A program made the translations under genes and the position numbers. Shown one piece after another: positions 48,010 to 58,396 of a stretch of DNA of 64,000 nucleotides (the stretch's first letter is position 1; every line of letters begins with the position of its first letter). This DNA comes from a virus, in the IMG/VR virus record IMGVR_UViG_3300028025_006304, positions 54,603 to 118,602 of that record; one strand, written 5' to 3'. Under the pieces are notes generated by a model that was not told the origin of the DNA, did no database searches, and saw nothing but the letters and a program-made list of their open reading frames with translations.

Positions 48010-48409
48010 TTTCTACAGATTTGATGTGTTTACATTTATGGTCTTTGGCTCGCCAAACACCAGGACAGTTACAGCTCAATTTAAGACCTGATTGACGTAC
48101 TGTATACACAGAGTCACTTGACTCGGATTTAAATTCCCAAGTAGTAGGTACTTGAGGTTCTTGCTTAATAATAGCAGGACGAACATCAGCAAATGTAGTA
48201 TCAGGGTGTACCTCAACCCAATCAGGTGTGAGGTATTTTTTATTATTGATAACTACAAATCCAAAATATGCACTTCGTGAATCGTAATAAAAACGATTAA
48301 CAAAAGTAATACGACCTAATCCTTTCTTTAGGGTCAATGGACCTTGGGCTGATAAAATCCGGGTACGGAAATGTCCGTACTTATTTGTGTTGGTAAATTT
48401 CCACAGCAT
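47996..48409 (-). CDS. SWIM zinc-finger protein
   Basis: SCNCPG...KCKHI. Confidence 0.7.
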   Translation of the reverse strand: MLWKFTNTNKYGHFRTRILSAQGPLTLKKGLGRITFVNRFYYDSRSAYFGFVVINNKKYLTPDWVEVHPDTTFADVRPAIIKQEPQVPTTWEFKSESSDSVYTVRQSGLKLSCNCPGVWRAKDHKCKHIKSVENGQK

Positions 48410-48853
48410 AACCTTTATTTTTATTTATACCTAAATATAATATCAAGATTCTGGGAAGCCAAATGACTTCGACTTTTCTTCAATCTCATATAATTCTATA
48501 GATACCCCAATACAGATAGTATCCATAAGTAGAGGTCGTTCAATAAGAATTTCTGCTAATTGGTCATCTGGTAGAGTATAGATTAGCTCTAACATTGAAT
48601 TAGGAATCTTAATACTCGTCATTTAATCGCATATAGTCAGGTGTTTGTGGTTTTTTCTTACGTTTCATTGATGGATACTTGTTTTGTGCCCATTTGAACC
48701 ATTCAGAAAAAGCTTCATAACGTGCCTTGGCTGATACTTTACTCATAACATTTACATTTATTATTTATACATTTAGTTGGGTTACAAAATACGGAAAAAA
48801 TAATAGTATAGCAAGCCCAAATAACCATTGTAGCTACTAAAATTAATTCCATA

Positions 48854-48970
48854 TTACTGTAATTTGTTTATTACTTCGTGGTTACTTTTTAATAGTTTTT
48901 CAAATTTAATCTGTGATTTTTTACTAGTAGGTCTTTTACCAGTTATTCTCTTTTTACTTGAACGTGCCAT
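48854..48970 (-). CDS. Small basic peptide (38 aa), not in the ORF track
   Basis: MARSSKKRITGKRPTSKKSQ; start overlaps the upstream stop. Confidence 0.45.
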   Translation of the reverse strand: MARSSKKRITGKRPTSKKSQIKFEKLLKSNHEVINKLQ

Positions 48971-49116
48971 TACCTACCTTGCCCTCTATAGGACTTTTTA
49001 TAAAGTTTACTATTTTTAAGCTTAGATGTTTTTGTTTTAGAGTGAACACCTGGTCTACTTACTGTTGGTTTTTCTTGGAACGTTGCTGTTGTTTGTGATT
49101 TAATTTTAGCAGCCAT
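48970..49116 (-). CDS. Small basic peptide (48 aa), not in the ORF track
   Basis: Ends SKLYKKSYRGQGR; TATTTATA at 49153-49160. Confidence 0.55.
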   Translation of the reverse strand: MAAKIKSQTTATFQEKPTVSRPGVHSKTKTSKLKNSKLYKKSYRGQGR

Positions 49117-49162
49117 TTAAACATAAATGTTAAGTTAATAATAACGGACTGCTATAAATATA

Positions 49163-49720
49163 TTAAAATTTTTCCTTAAGTTTTGCTGATAATTCTTTAA
49201 TTTTATTTAGATAATTTGGGTCCTCAGCGTAACTATTTCCTAGGTACCTGAAGTATTGGTCTTCTGTTTTGATTTGTTTTAAATATGATGCTTGGTAAAA
49301 TCCATAATCAATAACTGATTGTGTCCAATCCTTATAGTAGGCGTGGTTACGTTTAGTACCTAAAGCAGTTGTAATACGTTGTTTAGCTTCTTTCATACCA
49401 AACAAATTATGATTATACCTAAATATGTTAGATGAATAACTAGCAGATTCAATTTTGGCTTGAGCTAAAACAATATGAGGGAATTTAATGTTTAATTCTT
49501 TCATTAATTCAATTACCTCTTCTTCACTAAATGGTGGGTGATCCATATTAACTAGTAATACTTCTTTTTCATATGGATTTAAGTAATAAATTTTGGTCAA
49601 ACGACCTACACCATAAGCTAGAAATAAGACCAAAGTAAAGATAACCCCGGCATTGAAATAAATTTTATTTAATTTAATTTTCTCAAAAGTTAAACTATCA
49701 CTATTAAATTTGTAAAACAT
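49163..49720 (-). CDS. Glucosaminidase-family cell-wall hydrolase with N-terminal TM
   Basis: VLAQAKIES, NLFGMK, YAEDPNY (GH73-like). Confidence 0.8.
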   Translation of the reverse strand: MFYKFNSDSLTFEKIKLNKIYFNAGVIFTLVLFLAYGVGRLTKIYYLNPYEKEVLLVNMDHPPFSEEEVIELMKELNIKFPHIVLAQAKIESASYSSNIFRYNHNLFGMKEAKQRITTALGTKRNHAYYKDWTQSVIDYGFYQASYLKQIKTEDQYFRYLGNSYAEDPNYLNKIKELSAKLKEKF

Positions 49721-49887
49721 AACCTTGGTTTTTAGTTAAAATAAATCTAAAAATTTTCCTTTGCTTTTCTTTTCCCCCAATTTACGAAATTTCTCTTCGT
49801 CCTCCAACATTTTGGTGGCAAGTTTATCTAAATGTCTAGATTTAGTTTTTTGATAGTCGTTGACTATTTTATCGTGTTTTTTATGTC

Positions 49888-50529
49888 TCATAATCTAGAT
49901 ACTAAATCAGAACCATCATCTATTTTAGGTGGGTCGTACAAACCTAATTGCTTAAGTTGTTCAAGTTGGTAATCATCCAACTCCCAATTGATAGCCTCGC
50001 TTGTGTTATTTTTAGGTACTGAATCCTCAATCTGAGATATGTCAGCGGTATTAAATACATCGGCTACTGTTAGAAAATAATGGTTGTAACAAAGTACCTG
50101 GAGATTATCTAAACGATAATTCTTGGTATTTTTATCTTTGAAGTTGAGTAGTAGTGGGATTTTGTAATCTGTAATTCGGCGTTCATTAAACCCACACAAT
50201 GTACATTCTTCTTGTAGGTATCCCTCTTCAAATAAGCGCTTTTTAACCTTGGTAGGTGAGAAGCTAGTCATTGGGATGATCCCATTGATCAAGTCTTGTA
50301 ATGGTGGGGTTTTACCGTGATTACCTATCCATTTTTTAATACCCTTACCCTCTTGGTTAAGATGAACCTCAAATAAAGTTTTACCTGTTGTCTCGTCTTT
50401 ATAAAGTTTAGCCCATTTCTTATAGTGAATATAAGATACATTGAGCCATCTAGAGGCTGCACGGTTTGACTTAGTCATACCCATAGCAGCTACTATTTGT
50501 TCTTTAGTAAGTGGTTTTGGTAAAGGCAT
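49888..50529 (-). CDS. HTH plus degenerate HNH-like protein
   Basis: CTLCG...LLLNFKDKNTKNYRLDNLQVLCYNH. Confidence 0.6.
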   Translation of the reverse strand: MPLPKPLTKEQIVAAMGMTKSNRAASRWLNVSYIHYKKWAKLYKDETTGKTLFEVHLNQEGKGIKKWIGNHGKTPPLQDLINGIIPMTSFSPTKVKKRLFEEGYLQEECTLCGFNERRITDYKIPLLLNFKDKNTKNYRLDNLQVLCYNHYFLTVADVFNTADISQIEDSVPKNNTSEAINWELDDYQLEQLKQLGLYDPPKIDDGSDLVSRL

Positions 50530-50531
50530 AA

Positions 50532-50849
50532 TTAAATATCCCCTTCAATACTATCCATATTAACATCTGGGGAGGTCTCATCTGTATCGTAGTTTTGGAG
50601 TTCAGCTTTAGCTCCTTTAGAAATTTTACCTTCACTAACGATATAGTTAATAAATTGTTTTTCTTCCATGATTACAACATCAGTATAGGAGTGATCACCC
50701 TCCCCACGTTGTATGGTTACTCCGCGTTTACGACCGACATCTGAGCAGCTTACACAGTGTTTAGTGTTGGGTAATATTTCAATACGTTTAGGGTGAATGG
50801 GTTCACCACATCCGAGGCATTCTACAATCATAATTTCATTTTGTACCAT
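50532..50849 (-). CDS. DksA/TraR C4 zinc-finger protein
   Basis: CLGCGEPIHPKRIEILPNTKHCVSC. Confidence 0.8.
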   Translation of the reverse strand: MVQNEIMIVECLGCGEPIHPKRIEILPNTKHCVSCSDVGRKRGVTIQRGEGDHSYTDVVIMEEKQFINYIVSEGKISKGAKAELQNYDTDETSPDVNMDSIEGDI

Positions 50850-50880
50850 ACATATAACCTTTATTTTGTAAATATACGAA

Positions 50881-51273
50881 CTATTCTTCGACCAGACAAA
50901 TTAGCTTATAAAGATCTTCAGCTGTTTCTATTACGAATGCCTCGTCTCCAAAGTTTACAATTTTATCTTCTTCATCTTCAGCTAATGAATGTTCATAAAC
51001 ATACCAAAGAATAACCTCAACTGATTCAGGGGTGAAAGAATAATTGATAAGACCCTCAAGTGATTTAGCGAACGTATCTTCCCAAGACCAAAGATCTAAA
51101 CCAAATTTATCGTTTATTTCTTGAGAACGGGTTACAGCTGTTTTATAGTTATTTACAAAGATAACAAAATTCTTTTTTATTGTTTCTTCAGGTGTAAGAA
51201 TTTCACCTTGTATTTCTACAGGGGTATCAAACATTTTTTGAAAAAACTTTTTAAAATCTTTTTTGGGATTCAT
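50881..51273 (-). CDS. Hypothetical protein
   Basis: Start trimmed to MNPKK. Confidence 0.55.
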   Translation of the reverse strand: MNPKKDFKKFFQKMFDTPVEIQGEILTPEETIKKNFVIFVNNYKTAVTRSQEINDKFGLDLWSWEDTFAKSLEGLINYSFTPESVEVILWYVYEHSLAEDEEDKIVNFGDEAFVIETAEDLYKLICLVEE

Positions 51274-51439
51274 TAGTATAATCCTTTTTTCCCTACAGCC
51301 CAAATTTTTAGGAACTCTTTAAGAGGTAATTGTTTCCATTTAGCAAATTCTTTTGCTGCTTCTAGTCGTGAACGGGTAAAATGATATTTACCTAAAATTT
51401 CTTTAGATTCGTCTTGACGTATATAATAAAAGCAATAGC

Positions 51440-51754
51440 TCATAATCTGGATTTTAAGGTTACTAATTCGCTACATCTAGAATAGTCTTCTAAATTTTCA
51501 TAATGTTTAATAGCTTTATTTAAGAATATTTTATAGTGTTCTTTTTTAATAACTACTCTTACATTATAATTTTGTATACTAAATACAATACATTCACTTT
51601 TATTTTTACGAATAGCTTGCTTAATGGCCGCTACCGCACTACCAAACATAAATGTAACAAATTCTTCTTGGGTAGCCAATTCTAATAGTTCTTCTGGATC
51701 TTCATATTTGATTTCTAAATCGAGAGGAAACTCAAGTTTTAATTTTTGTTCCAT
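51440..51754 (-). CDS. Protein with UVR-like C-terminus
   Basis: YENLEDYSRCSEL. Confidence 0.55.
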   Translation of the reverse strand: MEQKLKLEFPLDLEIKYEDPEELLELATQEEFVTFMFGSAVAAIKQAIRKNKSECIVFSIQNYNVRVVIKKEHYKIFLNKAIKHYENLEDYSRCSELVTLKSRL

Positions 51755-51765
51755 GGAGATAAATA

Positions 51766-52815
51766 TTAGATCTTAATTAATTCATTTTGATATTCTTGGA
51801 GAGAATTTATAGTAATTTTTAAATTACCTAAATTGAATTGGCCTATTTCTCCACTATCTTTAATTATTTCATTTAATTGAACTATATAGTTAAGATCTTG
51901 TTGAGTAAAGGTATTACCGTCTACTTCTACAATAATATCACCACCACCATTAAACCAAAATTTCAAAATATTTTCAATTTCTGGATTATTGTTATTTATA
52001 ATTAGTTTCTTTTTATAAACTGGAAATAATACTGGGTGTTGATATTCGTCATTTTTAATCCAGCTACCCCATTTATTAATATAATGCTGGAAAGCTTTAT
52101 GTTTCATGTTATGGAATGCCTCATCTTGGGTAACTTGTTCTATTCCATCTTGAAATTGACCTCCTCTACAAGTTAAGTGGTACACATATGCTTCCCAGGT
52201 TTGAATTAATTTATAACCATTTAAAATAAATCTATTAAAAATATCTGAATCTTCATGGTATGAATGGAATGTCTCATCATGCATTCCTATAGAAGTAATA
52301 TCTTCTTTGTAAATAGCCCAAGGTGCAAATATTCCTCGAGTAGTTTTATCTTTATTATCTTGAATAGTTTTTTGAACAAATAAATCAAATTCTTCCTGTT
52401 TAAAATCTTCAGGATACATCCCAAAATCTTCTACAATTTTTTCTAGCCCTTTTGGATGAAGAGGTGGTTCAATACGAGTGCCAGATATTACTGAGAGGGG
52501 TTTTAAATATTTTAGGATTGCAGTATCAAATCCTTTACCCATATACATGTCGGCATGGAACATACAAACAATTGGGGAGGTGGCGGATTCAATACATCTA
52601 TTATACCCATAAGCTATACCACGAGGTGTGTCAGTTTCATTTACAAGATATTTTACACCCTGATCATCTAACCACTTTTGGGTCCCATCATTATCGGAAT
52701 CTACATAAACAATAATATCAAATTCTTGGGATGAGTTTTCTTTAATTGATTTAATACTACTTTTAAGATATCTTAAATTATTTTTACTTGGTATGCAATA
52801 TGTTATTTTACCCAT
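51766..52815 (-). CDS. Glycosyltransferase family 2
   Basis: YCIPSKN, VDSDNDGT, FHADM, EDSDIFNR. Confidence 0.88.
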   Translation of the reverse strand: MGKITYCIPSKNNLRYLKSSIKSIKENSSQEFDIIVYVDSDNDGTQKWLDDQGVKYLVNETDTPRGIAYGYNRCIESATSPIVCMFHADMYMGKGFDTAILKYLKPLSVISGTRIEPPLHPKGLEKIVEDFGMYPEDFKQEEFDLFVQKTIQDNKDKTTRGIFAPWAIYKEDITSIGMHDETFHSYHEDSDIFNRFILNGYKLIQTWEAYVYHLTCRGGQFQDGIEQVTQDEAFHNMKHKAFQHYINKWGSWIKNDEYQHPVLFPVYKKKLIINNNNPEIENILKFWFNGGGDIIVEVDGNTFTQQDLNYIVQLNEIIKDSGEIGQFNLGNLKITINSLQEYQNELIKI

Positions 52816-53657
52816 GTTACTTCTTTTAATCCTATTATCATTCTATATTCATTAAATACAGGGATTCCGTGCCATTTCTCAATCCATTTTAATTTATTTT
52901 TAGCTTCTGCTTCTTGTTGTCTTTGAGAACTTTGGTTATCATTTTCTTCTAACCGATGAGAACCTCTAGCTCCAAAATGCCAAACTAAACTTTTACTGGT
53001 TAGTACAAATTCGTATCCTGCTTGGGTCATTCTAAGAAATAAATCCATATCATCCCAACTAGTAGGAGCAAATCTGGGGTCATTACCTCCTATTTCATCC
53101 CAATCTTTTTTTCTAATTAGACCACTTACGCCTTCTCCTTTTGGAATTTCAAAATCATTTAATTCAATGAATTGTTTAGCTATTTGTTCGAACCCTTCTA
53201 TATCAAAATCATTCCAATATGCCCCTAAATAATCTTTAGGTACTATAATCGTACCTGGATAGGTTTGACTATTAAGAAACATTTGAGGTTCTATTCTATG
53301 AGAACTAACCCATAATTTTTTATTTGGATATTTTTCAAATATATCAAAACAAGCTTTATCCCAATCTTTACTAACATAAAAGTCTGAATGGAGGAACATT
53401 ATATATTCTGTTTGTACCTTTTTAGCACAAAAATTCATTCCACCTCCAATACCAACTGGTTCAGGATTTTTTTCAATATAATAGTCTAAATTATAATCTT
53501 GATGATAAGCATCTAACCATTCATCAGTTCCATCATCACAATTTTCAGCGTGTATAATAAATGGAGCGTCTTTAAAATAACTATTTTTTCTAACAGATTC
53601 AACTGCTAGTTTTAGATATTCTAAGTTATTATAAGTTGAAATACAAAAACTAAGCAT
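52803..53657 (-). CDS. Glycosyltransferase family 2
   Basis: SFCISTYN, CDDGT, LHSDF, DDMDLFLR. Confidence 0.9.
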   Translation of the reverse strand: MLSFCISTYNNLEYLKLAVESVRKNSYFKDAPFIIHAENCDDGTDEWLDAYHQDYNLDYYIEKNPEPVGIGGGMNFCAKKVQTEYIMFLHSDFYVSKDWDKACFDIFEKYPNKKLWVSSHRIEPQMFLNSQTYPGTIIVPKDYLGAYWNDFDIEGFEQIAKQFIELNDFEIPKGEGVSGLIRKKDWDEIGGNDPRFAPTSWDDMDLFLRMTQAGYEFVLTSKSLVWHFGARGSHRLEENDNQSSQRQQEAEAKNKLKWIEKWHGIPVFNEYRMIIGLKEVTWVK

Positions 53658-54375
53658 GGTAAGTAGAATATTTTTGTCTTAATTCTAAAAATTTATCTTT
53701 ATGAGGAGAATTGAAAAAGTATTGATGCATATTAGCATCGGCTTGTCTACAAAAATCAGATTCTTTTATTTCAATAGCTCCGGTTTTGAAGGTTTGACTT
53801 ACTAAGTGAGTTAAAGTTATATTATCACTAACCCCGGTTTTAAATCCGTTTTCTTGAGCAAATATACCAGCATAAAAATCGGGACCCCATCCTAAAAATA
53901 ATTCGTTTGGAAATTGTTTAATTGCTTCAACAAATTTACGACTAAAAATAGGACACATAAAATCTATAAAACCTACCTCTCTAACTGATTTAGTTCCCCA
54001 ATTCCACATCTGTTTCCAATGGCATTGGTCTTTACCTGAATTGGTGATAGATGGAGAATATAGATCTAAATTATGTTCTTTAATTTCACTTAACATGTTT
54101 TCAATTAAACGCGGACCATGGAATATAAGATCATTATTGAACAAAACCAAATAGTCTTGATCAGTATATAAAAAGTAATCCATGATTACATTTAACCCAC
54201 CCCCAAAAAATAAATTCTCTGGGAGTTGATGGGTTGTGGATTTAGCTAATTCTTTAGTAGAACCATTATCTACTACCATTAATTCATGTTGAGTAAAAGT
54301 AGTATCTCTTTTTAGCTGTTCAATTAAATTATCAGTTAATTCGGGTTGATTATAATTAAGGGTGGTTAATAACAT
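53650..54375 (-). CDS. Glycosyltransferase family 2
   Basis: TLNYN, VVDNGS, FNNDL. Confidence 0.85.
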   Translation of the reverse strand: MLLTTLNYNQPELTDNLIEQLKRDTTFTQHELMVVDNGSTKELAKSTTHQLPENLFFGGGLNVIMDYFLYTDQDYLVLFNNDLIFHGPRLIENMLSEIKEHNLDLYSPSITNSGKDQCHWKQMWNWGTKSVREVGFIDFMCPIFSRKFVEAIKQFPNELFLGWGPDFYAGIFAQENGFKTGVSDNITLTHLVSQTFKTGAIEIKESDFCRQADANMHQYFFNSPHKDKFLELRQKYSTYHA

Positions 54376-54381
54376 TTTAAA

Positions 54382-55131
54382 TTATTTTATATTAACTTGG
54401 AATTCATTTACATTTCTACAACCCAACTGATCAGAAAATACTCCTTTATATTGACCATAAAAATTAGTAGGGAAACAATATCCTATTGTATTATACATTT
54501 GACTGTATATAGCAGAATCTAAGTTTCGGGTTTTAGGATAAGGAAACCATATATTATTATCTGTAAAACAACTTCGTCTAAATGATACTTGAGATGTATC
54601 ACATGCACAATCTGGATTAATTGGGGTAGTATGTTTATTTAAATCCACAATTGCTCCCATATGTTTTACTCTATCCACATTATCTGATGCTTGTAAATAG
54701 ATTTCTAGTTCGGGATTATAATAAAGTACCTTGCTATAAGTCCATTGTATGTTTGGATTACTGGTATAGTATTTGTCTAAATCAGTTAAATAAGTAGAAA
54801 CTATAGCATCATCATCACAAAGCATTACTACACAGTCAGCATCAGATTCTTGTATTGCAATATTAGCATATTTACCAAAGATACTTCCTCCTTGATTAAC
54901 TTTATCTTTTACTGATTGATTAATATCGTAATATTTAAATTTATCTATACATGCAGTTCCTTCAATATAATTAGTTATATCTACTCCTTTTGTATCTTCA
55001 GAATCATTTATTAGAGCTACTTCATAATTATCATACTCTAAAGATGCAATACTATGTAATGCATTTTTTACTATTTCAGGTCTGTTATAATAAAAAAGTA
55101 ATATAAGAAATTTAGTATTATTAGTTTCCAT
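54382..55131 (-). CDS. Glycosyltransferase family 2
   Basis: FYYNRP, LINDS, LCDDD. Confidence 0.8.
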   Translation of the reverse strand: METNNTKFLILLFYYNRPEIVKNALHSIASLEYDNYEVALINDSEDTKGVDITNYIEGTACIDKFKYYDINQSVKDKVNQGGSIFGKYANIAIQESDADCVVMLCDDDAIVSTYLTDLDKYYTSNPNIQWTYSKVLYYNPELEIYLQASDNVDRVKHMGAIVDLNKHTTPINPDCACDTSQVSFRRSCFTDNNIWFPYPKTRNLDSAIYSQMYNTIGYCFPTNFYGQYKGVFSDQLGCRNVNEFQVNIK

Positions 55132-55843
55132 ATATGTTTGTAAATTTTTTTGTACTTTCTATTATATCTATTAAATTTAATGCTTCGTAAGTTATTAAAT
55201 TACTATATCCTAGCTTTTTCAATTCATTCGAAAAATCAACGTGGGGTTGGCTTGGAATTAGGGGTCCTAAATTTTTTTCTGAGATGTGGATATGATAAAT
55301 CTTATCTAAATAGTTGTTTAAAGTATCTAATATGTTTACCTGCTCTTCTATTAAATTATGAGTATCTATCATAGTTTTTATATTAGTAAAATTACCGGCA
55401 TTTATAAAAGCTACAATCTCATCTACATTAAAAAAATATTTTCCTTGGTATTTTTTGGCATTAGGTTCAATACATAATATTAGTTTTTTATTCCTTAATA
55501 TTTCATCTAATATACTAAAATTTTGTATAAGTTTTTTAAGATCAAATACATTACGACAAGTTGGAGACCCTAATACTAATGTTTTTATACCCATATTACA
55601 ACACTTATCAGTAAATGTTTCCATATAAGGTAAAAAATTCTTATCTAAAAAACAAGTTACATTAGAGTTATATAGTATAGATTGAGTACTAAGTGTTGGG
55701 ATATTTGGAAGTTCTTGTTTATTTTTAAATTTAGAAAAAACAATCTCTAAATTATTTATACCTAAACTTCTTAATTCAGCATGTACTTCTTTTAGCTGTA
55801 AGTTACTATTAAATGCCAAATGGCTTATCCCTAAATTCATCAA
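55121..55843 (-). CDS. Sugar phosphate isomerase/epimerase (xylose-isomerase-like TIM barrel)
   Basis: LEIV, VLGSP, CIEPN, MIDTHN, HIHISE, ITYE. Confidence 0.85.
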   Translation of the reverse strand: MMNLGISHLAFNSNLQLKEVHAELRSLGINNLEIVFSKFKNKQELPNIPTLSTQSILYNSNVTCFLDKNFLPYMETFTDKCCNMGIKTLVLGSPTCRNVFDLKKLIQNFSILDEILRNKKLILCIEPNAKKYQGKYFFNVDEIVAFINAGNFTNIKTMIDTHNLIEEQVNILDTLNNYLDKIYHIHISEKNLGPLIPSQPHVDFSNELKKLGYSNLITYEALNLIDIIESTKKFTNIYGN

Positions 55844-56573
55844 CTAATTTTTTTATTTCATTTAAAACAACCTCAGAGCTTTCTATATAACCTGATGTAG
55901 TATGGACTGTTTTATAATTGTAATATACTGAGAGGGGGGTATGAGGGGTAGTTTTAATTTTTTTAGAGAACAACTCAATTATTTTAGACGTAGGTATAGG
56001 TTCAGGAAAAAGATTATAAGTACCAGAAGTATTAATTTGTTGGATATTTTTAATTAAATTATCTAAATTATACCATTGATACGCTGAGTTTTTGTCTATA
56101 TTACTTACATTATTATCTGTAAAAAGATCGTAAAGGATATTTTTTTTAATTCTTTTACTGAATAAAGCAGGAAGTCTATATACCTGTATATTATTACAAT
56201 TTAATTCTTTAATTAACAATTCAAATAAGAATCTATTACTACCGTAATGAAGTTTACTAAATGTAGGTGTATCTTCTTCGGTAACACCATTATTACATTC
56301 GGTGTACACATCTATAGTTGATATTAGTACAATTTTTTTATAGATAAATGGTTTTATATAATCAAAAATTTTATACAGATTTTCAAAATCTTTTAAAATA
56401 TCTAGATTAACTTTCCATTTTGTTGCAGGTAAACATGCTAAGTATATTTCAGAATTGTTTAGATCATATTGTTTAATAGTCTCTATATTTGAACTATTAA
56501 ACATTAAATCAAACTTAATACCCTCTTGTAGTGTTTGTCCTACTAATCCTGTATTACCTATTAGTACCTTCAT
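55809..56573 (-). CDS. NAD-dependent epimerase/dehydratase-like protein
   Basis: LIGNTGLVG Rossmann motif; LISTIDVY; YGSNR. Confidence 0.8.
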   Translation of the reverse strand: MKVLIGNTGLVGQTLQEGIKFDLMFNSSNIETIKQYDLNNSEIYLACLPATKWKVNLDILKDFENLYKIFDYIKPFIYKKIVLISTIDVYTECNNGVTEEDTPTFSKLHYGSNRFLFELLIKELNCNNIQVYRLPALFSKRIKKNILYDLFTDNNVSNIDKNSAYQWYNLDNLIKNIQQINTSGTYNLFPEPIPTSKIIELFSKKIKTTPHTPLSVYYNYKTVHTTSGYIESSEVVLNEIKKLVDEFRDKPFGI

Positions 56574-57552
56574 ATATATGTTTTTTTACATCTTCAACAA
56601 TTTTATAAATGCCTTGTATTTTTCCAGTAAAGCAATTTATAACTTTAGTGTCTATTACATTTATAACTGGGTGTCTATCGGCTGTTTGGTTATAGGTTTT
56701 TGATTTGATTGCTGTAAAATAAGACTTATATTTAAAATCTTCCAGGAAATTAGGATAAATATTACATACTTTTTTCTCAATAAGAGCTGAAATGTTGTTT
56801 ATTAGTTGATTATTAATTGAATATTCTTTATGTAATAATTCATTTAAATCTGTTCCTTTACATAGAGGGGTGTATTGCACATCAGTTACAGTATAGAGAT
56901 TTTGATTATAAGGATAAATTGAGAAAAAATTACCGTCTACAACAGTAAGTGCATCAAATCCTAAATCTTCTTTTATTTTTTCATATACTAAACTTATAGT
57001 AAGTTCATAATAAGATTCTATAGTTTCATCTTTAAGGTAATTATTAGTACAGTTTATAACCAAATCATACTCCTTAGTAAGAGTATTGGGGTTTATAACT
57101 TGTTGATATATTAAGTTATCTTTTAATAATTCTTTAAAGTACTTTTTTAATTTTATAGCATCTATATACATTTCTCCGGTTGCAATTGCTCCTTGAATAT
57201 TCACTACTTCTGGTAGTTTAATCTCTGTAAACTCTATATTATCTGCAAGTAATATATTTTTATAGGTTATTAAATCTATATCAGATTCTTTAGCGACTGC
57301 ATATATATTTTTAGGTACTGTAACTACAAATTCTCCATACTCTTCTACAAATCGAGTAAAAGTATCTTTACATAAAACTCTTGTTCTATGATTTCTGGGG
57401 TAATGGAATCCCTGATGAAGTCTGTTTTGATTGTGAGAAGATGCTAGCTCAAATACATCTGATGCTTCATATAAATGTACTTGATGGGTGTCTTTTAACA
57501 CTTTGGTTAAATGACATCCTACCCACCCAGCTCCTATTATTGCAATCTTCAT
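56554..57552 (-). CDS. FAD-dependent oxidoreductase
   Basis: IIGAGWVG; ASSHNQNRLHQGFHYPR; GKI. Confidence 0.85.
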   Translation of the reverse strand: MKIAIIGAGWVGCHLTKVLKDTHQVHLYEASDVFELASSHNQNRLHQGFHYPRNHRTRVLCKDTFTRFVEEYGEFVVTVPKNIYAVAKESDIDLITYKNILLADNIEFTEIKLPEVVNIQGAIATGEMYIDAIKLKKYFKELLKDNLIYQQVINPNTLTKEYDLVINCTNNYLKDETIESYYELTISLVYEKIKEDLGFDALTVVDGNFFSIYPYNQNLYTVTDVQYTPLCKGTDLNELLHKEYSINNQLINNISALIEKKVCNIYPNFLEDFKYKSYFTAIKSKTYNQTADRHPVINVIDTKVINCFTGKIQGIYKIVEDVKKHIYEGTNR

Positions 57553-57559
57553 ACAATTA

Positions 57560-58378
57560 TTAACTCATTAAACTTATAAAATAGTTAATATCTTCACTTA
57601 GATCTCTTGTATTAGCTTGCCATTCTCTTACCCATCTTGTGGTTTCAACTTCATCCATAAAATGTTCATAACCTAAATTTTGTTTACCATTTTCTGGGTT
57701 GATGTTTTTCTGTATGGTTGTCATACGTTTTAGTGTTACATCATTAAATGGGCAAAATCTATAATATACTAGTACAAAATCCTGGTTAATTGCATTATAA
57801 TCGTGATAATGTCTGCCTAAAGGATATGTAATTCTATCTAAGTTATGCAAAAGCCTTAATCTACGTGTAAGATATCCTGTATTTTGGGCTTTTATGTGCA
57901 TATCTATTCTCCCCCCATGACTTATTTCTTCATCAGAATATTTTATTTCATCTTTATAATGAATTCCATGTACTTTTTGCTTAAATATATCTTCGTTTAC
58001 ATCAGGATGTATACCTTCTTGTGAAGGGTGTTCTACCATATTAAACGCTGGGATGAGTAACTCTGTAGGTTCACTAATTGTGTCTAATTTTTTATAGTTA
58101 CCTACTAAAAATTCTGTAGTGCTTAAACACATTTTCCATCCGGGATGATTGCTTTCTATATCTTCAATTTCCCTATCCATAACTAAGGCATCTAGTTTTT
58201 CATTACGGCTAGGGATTACTTCCCAATCAGGACAAATTTCTTTTATAATCTCTACAGATCTGTCTGTTGAATTATAATCTACAATAATTCCATGATCAAA
58301 ATATTTTTTATGATGTTTTAACCAAAATGGAAGTAAATATTCTTCATTACGTATATGTGAAACTAATGTCTTTTTCAT
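57560..58378 (-). CDS. Glycosyltransferase family 2-like
   Basis: RNEEYLLPFWLKHH, VDYNSTDRS. Confidence 0.75.
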   Translation of the reverse strand: MKKTLVSHIRNEEYLLPFWLKHHKKYFDHGIIVDYNSTDRSVEIIKEICPDWEVIPSRNEKLDALVMDREIEDIESNHPGWKMCLSTTEFLVGNYKKLDTISEPTELLIPAFNMVEHPSQEGIHPDVNEDIFKQKVHGIHYKDEIKYSDEEISHGGRIDMHIKAQNTGYLTRRLRLLHNLDRITYPLGRHYHDYNAINQDFVLVYYRFCPFNDVTLKRMTTIQKNINPENGKQNLGYEHFMDEVETTRWVREWQANTRDLSEDINYFISLMS

Positions 58379-58396
58379 ATGTATTATTCGTTATTT

